Shown here: in pieces, positions 59,243-64,000 of the stretch
Layout: each line of letters begins with the position of its first letter
Numbering within the stretch: the first letter of the stretch is position 1
Source: Bacteroidia bacterium
GTDB lineage: Bacteria; Bacteroidota; Bacteroidia; M30B66
DNA length: 64,000 nt
Direction: 5' to 3'
NCBI GenBank assembly: GCA_965279035.1
Contig: OZ257142.1
Span: 3,712,001-3,776,000 of the forward strand
Made by a program: the position numbers and the translations under genes
The notes under the pieces: generated by a model
Databases searched by the model: none
Seen by the model: the letters and a program-made list of their open reading frames with translations, nothing else
What the model was told of the DNA's origin: nothing

Positions 59243-60202
59243 TTATCGACGACGAATGGCAGATTCTGCGGCTTCGATGATGTTTACAGTATCTAAACCG
59301 TATTTCACCATCAATTCTTCAGGGGTTCCACTTTCGCCGAAGCTATCGTTTACAGCTACCATTTCCAACGGTCTTGGTAAAGTGCGGGAAAGTAGTTGTG
59401 CTATACTATCCCCCAATCCTCCATTTCGTTGATGTTCTTCGGCCGAAACTGCGCATCCGGTCTTGCTGACCGACGCAATGACTGCCTCTTCATCGAGTGG
59501 TTTAATTGTATGAATATTTATTACTTCTGCATCGATTCCTTTCTCCCACAAAGCTTCTGCAGCTTTTAATGCTTTCCAAACCAAATGACCTGTTGCAAAA
59601 ATGCTTACGTCTTTCCCTTCTTTCAGAATCAGTGCTTTTCCAATTTCAAACTTCTGATCTGCAGGTGTGAAGTTAGGCACTTTGGGACGCCCAAAACGTA
59701 GATAAACTGGACCTTCATAATCGGCAATGGCAATGGTTGCAGCTTTGGTTTGGTTGTAATCGCAGGGATTTATCACCACCATGTGAGGCAACATTTTCAT
59801 CAAGCCAAGATCCTCGAGAATTTGATGTGTTGCGCCATCTTCACCCAAAGTTAAACCGGCATGCGAGGCACATATCTTTACATTTTTCCCTGAATAGGCA
59901 ACACTTTGACGAATCTGATCATACACGCGTCCAGTTGAAAAATTTGCAAATGTTCCAGTAAATGGAATCTTTCCTCCAATGGTTAATCCGGCTGCCATTC
60001 CAATCATATTGGCTTCTGCAATTCCTGCTTGGAAGAATCGCTCAGGAAATTCTTTAACGAAGGCATCCATCTTTAACGAACCAATTAAATCGGCACAGAG
60101 TGCTACAACATTTGGGTTACTTCGTCCAAGTTCTAAAAGTCCTGCTCCAAATCCAGAACGTGTATCATTTTGATCGGTGAAAGTAAAAGGTTCCATAAGC
60201 AT
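59243..60202 (-). CDS. Transketolase C-terminal subunit
   Basis: GIAEANM, GEDGATHQ, GPVYLR, TIKPLD, EEH, FGESG. Confidence 0.93.
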   Translation of the reverse strand: MLMEPFTFTDQNDTRSGFGAGLLELGRSNPNVVALCADLIGSLKMDAFVKEFPERFFQAGIAEANMIGMAAGLTIGGKIPFTGTFANFSTGRVYDQIRQSVAYSGKNVKICASHAGLTLGEDGATHQILEDLGLMKMLPHMVVINPCDYNQTKAATIAIADYEGPVYLRFGRPKVPNFTPADQKFEIGKALILKEGKDVSIFATGHLVWKALKAAEALWEKGIDAEVINIHTIKPLDEEAVIASVSKTGCAVSAEEHQRNGGLGDSIAQLLSRTLPRPLEMVAVNDSFGESGTPEELMVKYGLDTVNIIEAAESAIRRR

Positions 60203-61722
60203 TATTTTAAAACAACCTGTTGAGAGGTTCCTGGTTGAACGATGAAGTTTTTTTCAATAGTGAATAATGTTTCTCTCACCCCTTTTCCGCGAAACACTGC
60301 CTTGTATTTTCCGGGTTGCAATCGAATGACTTCTTGCTGAGAATTTTCACTCAAGTTGCACACCCAAACCATTTGTCCTTTTTCTTCCATTAAAATGCTT
60401 GCAACACCTTGCAATGGAAGTTGAAAATTGACAGTTCCTGGCTCATCTATTTTTACTGTTGTTGTGTGACTTTGAGCAATATCGACAGCTTTCAAATTCG
60501 TACGTGGAAGCGTGAGTATTTCGAGATCATATTTCCCAACAATCAACTTGCGTGTGTCTTTGAACGACATAACATCCAAAGTATTCATATCTCCCGCTTT
60601 ACGAATGATACACTGCAAATCGCGGTAAGTCATGCCTTCGCCTGCTTTGAGATTTAGAAATCCTTGGGGAGCATCAATGGGAATGATGGTGTGTTTTCCA
60701 GCAATAAGCTGTACATCTTTTTTCTCTACAGGAGGCAATGTATGCACGACAATGCGATAGGTATTTAAACCATCAATTCGTAATGTATCGGGTACGCCTC
60801 GGTTGTTCATTGTGTGAACAAAATTGTAACGTACTAGATTGGTCTTTTGATCGTAAAAAGTCATTGCCACATCGGTTTCGGTAGGCTTGCCGCTTTTATC
60901 CAATAAACTCACCTGGCAGGTAGTTGTGTTCATTACTTGGGTAATGATGATATTCAAAACTTGCTTGAATGAGCTTTCGCTGGAAGCATCGTAAAAATTC
61001 CCAATACAATTGAACGAATTGGTGATTTCAGGATCCATTTTCCCAACGCCTACAATGAAAGGACGAAGCACGATTCCTTTGCTTTGAAGTGCAGCCGAAA
61101 TTGCACAAGGATCGCCTCCACATTCTTCTTTTCCATCGGTAATGAGCAATACGATGTTGCGAGCTTTGGTATCTGGAAAATCTTTTGCGCAAGCCTCGAG
61201 TGAAAGGGCAATGGGTGTAGTGCCACTCGGTGTTAATTTGTTGAGTTTATTCTTAATCAAGTAACCGTTATCACGAGCAAATGGCACCTCGAGTTTGGTA
61301 TCGTCGCAATCTTGTGGTGGATATTTTTTTTGATGTCCGTAGCAACGAAGTGCTAGTTGAACATTCGGTTGGCGACCCAGACTATCGACCATCGAGCTCA
61401 CCAACTTCTTAGCGATGTTGTATTTTGAATCGCTTTCCCAAATACCAAACATGCTATTGGAGCAATCGAAAATGAGCAAAATGCGTGTGAGCAGCGGAGG
61501 AGCGGGCGCTGTTATAACTGGTTTTGCAGTAGTTCGTGTTTGTGCTGGAGAAAGAAAAGGGATTAGTATTAGAAGGAAGCCAAGGCTTAGGGATAGAAAT
61601 GGAAAGCGTTCTCCCTTTTTTGGGGAGAACAGCTTGGAATGAATAGCCCGATCCGCAGGGGAAGCCCCAAGAAATCCTGGAGTTTCCTTTACTGAATTAA
61701 GATGAAGGGCTTTTTTTAACAT
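60202..61722 (-). CDS. Exported VWA-domain protein (true start uncertain)
   Basis: MIDAS DCSNS, GTTPIA, LITDGKEECGGDPC; hydrophobic segment near the N-terminus. Confidence 0.8.
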   Translation of the reverse strand: MLKKALHLNSVKETPGFLGASPADRAIHSKLFSPKKGERFPFLSLSLGFLLILIPFLSPAQTRTTAKPVITAPAPPLLTRILLIFDCSNSMFGIWESDSKYNIAKKLVSSMVDSLGRQPNVQLALRCYGHQKKYPPQDCDDTKLEVPFARDNGYLIKNKLNKLTPSGTTPIALSLEACAKDFPDTKARNIVLLITDGKEECGGDPCAISAALQSKGIVLRPFIVGVGKMDPEITNSFNCIGNFYDASSESSFKQVLNIIITQVMNTTTCQVSLLDKSGKPTETDVAMTFYDQKTNLVRYNFVHTMNNRGVPDTLRIDGLNTYRIVVHTLPPVEKKDVQLIAGKHTIIPIDAPQGFLNLKAGEGMTYRDLQCIIRKAGDMNTLDVMSFKDTRKLIVGKYDLEILTLPRTNLKAVDIAQSHTTTVKIDEPGTVNFQLPLQGVASILMEEKGQMVWVCNLSENSQQEVIRLQPGKYKAVFRGKGVRETLFTIEKNFIVQPGTSQQVVLK

Positions 61723-61751
61723 GAGTATCTGAAACGATTTACTAGGCTGGC

Positions 61752-62597
61752 TTAATAATCACCGAGGGTTTCCTCTAGTTGTCCGAGTGCCAGTGCCAAT
61801 TGTTCATCGTTAGGTGCTACACCATGCCATTTATGTGTCCCCATCATGAAATCAACGCCTGACCCCATCTCAGTTTTCATAAGAATAACGACAGGTTTGT
61901 CTTTTCCAGTATGTGCTTTCGCATCATCGAGTCCACGAACAACGTCTGCCATATCATTTCCGTTCATCGAAAGAACAGTCCAGCCAAACGCTTCCCATTT
62001 TCCACGAAGATCACCAAGAGAAAGAACTTTCTCCGTAGGACCATCGATTTGTTGTCCATTCACATCTACCGTAGCAATGAGATTATCTACCTTATTTGCT
62101 GCTGCATACATGGCTGCTTCCCAAATCTGACCTTCTTGCAATTCGCCATCACCATGTAAGGTATAAACCAATTGCTTGTCCTGATTGAGTTTCTTTGCTA
62201 AAGCAGCTCCAATTCCCATGGACAAACCTTGACCAAGAGAACCAGATGCAGCACGAATTCCTTCTAAGCCTTCTTCGGTTGCTGGATGTCCTTGTAAACG
62301 GGAGTTAAGCTTTCGGAACGTTTTTAGTTCGGAAACAGGAAAATATCCGCTACGTGAGAGTACGCTATACCAAAGGGGTGAAATATGTCCGTTGGATAAG
62401 AAAAAAAGGTCTTCTCCAATACCATCCATAGAAAATGGTGAAGGCTGATGTTTCATCGTGTGGAAATACAGCGCCACCAGATAATCGGTGCAGCCAAGAG
62501 AACCGCCCGGGTGACCAGAATTAACAGCATGTACTTGACGGAGAATGTCGCGTCGTACCTGAGAAGCAGTACGTTGAAGTTCGGAGATGGAAGCCAT
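61752..62597 (-). CDS. Transketolase N-terminal (TPP-binding) subunit
   Basis: SGHPGGSL, LSNGH, LQGHP, GSLGQG, GDGELQEGQIWE, WHG. Confidence 0.93.
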   Translation of the reverse strand: MASISELQRTASQVRRDILRQVHAVNSGHPGGSLGCTDYLVALYFHTMKHQPSPFSMDGIGEDLFFLSNGHISPLWYSVLSRSGYFPVSELKTFRKLNSRLQGHPATEEGLEGIRAASGSLGQGLSMGIGAALAKKLNQDKQLVYTLHGDGELQEGQIWEAAMYAAANKVDNLIATVDVNGQQIDGPTEKVLSLGDLRGKWEAFGWTVLSMNGNDMADVVRGLDDAKAHTGKDKPVVILMKTEMGSGVDFMMGTHKWHGVAPNDEQLALALGQLEETLGDY

Positions 62598-62804
62598 GGG
62601 ACGAAAGTACATCGGCAAATGGGCTGAGGCAAGAAGATGCAGGGAGGATTTTAAAGGAGTTTTGAACGAAAAGGTGAATAAGTTTTTTGAGGTAAAAACT
62701 TGCAAATACCGAAAACTACGTAGCACGTTTCCGAAATCCTACGGATAAACGAATAGGTACATCCGGCGCACCTTTGCTGTATTAACGGACAACCTAACAA
62801 ACCT

Positions 62805-63965
62805 ATGAAAACACCACTACTTTTTTCGATTGCTTTCATGACAGGATTAAGCTTAAATGCCCAATCATGGAGCCTAACTTCAGCACCACAAACCGAGACG
62901 TACACTACCGGTGCAGCATCTGCAGCTGGAACCAGTTTATATGTTGGTTCTTTTAATGGAATTGTGCGTTCTATCGACAATGGACTCACTTGGGAAGTAA
63001 TCACCGTTCCCGGTTTTGTGCAAGATGTTGATGCTGCCAACAGTGATAAACTCGTTTGTATTGCAACGAATGCTGCTTATGTATCAACTGATAAAGGAGC
63101 AACATGGACCAATTCGGGTGTGAATGGAAGTAAAGCTGTTGTTTTAGATGAGCAACATGTGCTGGTAACTGACGAAATCTCAACTCAGTTTTACAGCAAC
63201 GATTTCCTAAGTACATCGGCGGCAAGTGCCACAGCACCACGAATTGTATCGGGTGTACTTAATGGAAGTATGGCAATTCTAGGTTCGTACGGATCGAGCA
63301 TTTACACGAGCAATGACTATGGTGCAACGTTCGCGACTACTGGATATTCAGGCTTTGGTGCAACAACCGTAACTGCAATCGCGAAAGGACAAGGAAACAC
63401 CTATTTTTCGATTAATAGCGGCGGTTTGCATAAAAGTACCGATGGCGGAATGACTTGGGCGCAAGTAACGACAGGATTGTTCGGTCAGCACCGTGATTTA
63501 ATTTCTGATGCTAATGGAAATCTCTACTTAATGCTTTCGAATAAAGTGTACCGTTCGATTGATAATGGTCAAAGTTTCCAAGATGTTTCGGTTGGATTAC
63601 CTGTTGATGGAAACTACTGCAACGATTTAATGATTACTGGAGATGGTAGTATTTTCGCGGTACTTAGCTTATTTGGAACACCAGCTCAAACTGGGATTTA
63701 CAAATTCACTCCTGAAACTGGAGTTGGAATTCAAGAGGTAAAACAGGCTACGTTTCAAGTTTATCCTAACCCAGCTAGCAATCAAGTAAACGTTCAATTG
63801 AACAAGGAAGCTAAAACAGCTCAATTGTTTGATGCTACTGGACGAGTAGCTAGAACATTTGTAATTCAAAATCTAACACAACAGTTCGATTTAACAGGAC
63901 TTGAAGCGGGAATGTATGTGCTTTCAGTTGCTGGACATCGTTCACAAATGCTCAGTATTCATTGA
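62805..63965 (+). CDS. BNR/Asp-box beta-propeller protein with T9SS type A CTD
   Basis: SxDxGxT(W/F) repeats (SIDNGLTW, STDKGATW, SNDYGATF, STDGGMTW, SIDNGQSF); VYPNPAS...GMYVL CTD. Confidence 0.85.
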   Translation: MKTPLLFSIAFMTGLSLNAQSWSLTSAPQTETYTTGAASAAGTSLYVGSFNGIVRSIDNGLTWEVITVPGFVQDVDAANSDKLVCIATNAAYVSTDKGATWTNSGVNGSKAVVLDEQHVLVTDEISTQFYSNDFLSTSAASATAPRIVSGVLNGSMAILGSYGSSIYTSNDYGATFATTGYSGFGATTVTAIAKGQGNTYFSINSGGLHKSTDGGMTWAQVTTGLFGQHRDLISDANGNLYLMLSNKVYRSIDNGQSFQDVSVGLPVDGNYCNDLMITGDGSIFAVLSLFGTPAQTGIYKFTPETGVGIQEVKQATFQVYPNPASNQVNVQLNKEAKTAQLFDATGRVARTFVIQNLTQQFDLTGLEAGMYVLSVAGHRSQMLSIH

Positions 63966-64000
63966 TTTTCGATGTGTTTCGACGAGGATGGTTGTGAACA

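Noticed and set aside
1-64000. Prophage, IS, integron, retron/RT or restriction-defence island
   Set aside because: No integrase, transposase, reverse transcriptase, methyltransferase or phage structural motifs were recognised in any ORF.

Overview
A 64 kb, low-GC chromosomal segment from a Bacteroidota bacterium. Support: TAnnTTTG -7 promoters, seven T9SS C-terminal sorting domains, a PorP/SprF gene, and Gln after signal peptides. Most of it is housekeeping or common accessory genes: ettA, yceD-rpmF-plsX-fabH-accB-accC, slyD, mce, pepP, hflX, rpmB, tpx, valS, mqnD, split transketolase, ECF sigma/anti-sigma, tRNA-Ile2(CAT), and one DUF6364/PIN toxin-antitoxin pair. No integrase, transposase, phage or cas gene is visible. 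The best candidate for an undescribed system is the operon at 1-7187. Two Ig-like repeat proteins there lack any T9SS CTD but end in the same tail, PTT(T/S)PIYHD*. They are followed by a type-B-CTD adhesin and its PorP/SprF partner. The second and third proteins share a homologous N-terminal Ig/PKD-like domain that appears to lack its first strand, which suggests head-to-tail strand-complementation assembly of a T9SS-anchored filament (inference, untested). Also notable: two arrays of 62-bp palindrome-core repeats bracketing one gene, a dispersed composite hairpin repeat with a flipped inner module, a Tpx with Leu at the catalytic Thr, and a sigma54 activator with no DNA-binding domain. All family assignments are by motif recognition; no database searches were run.
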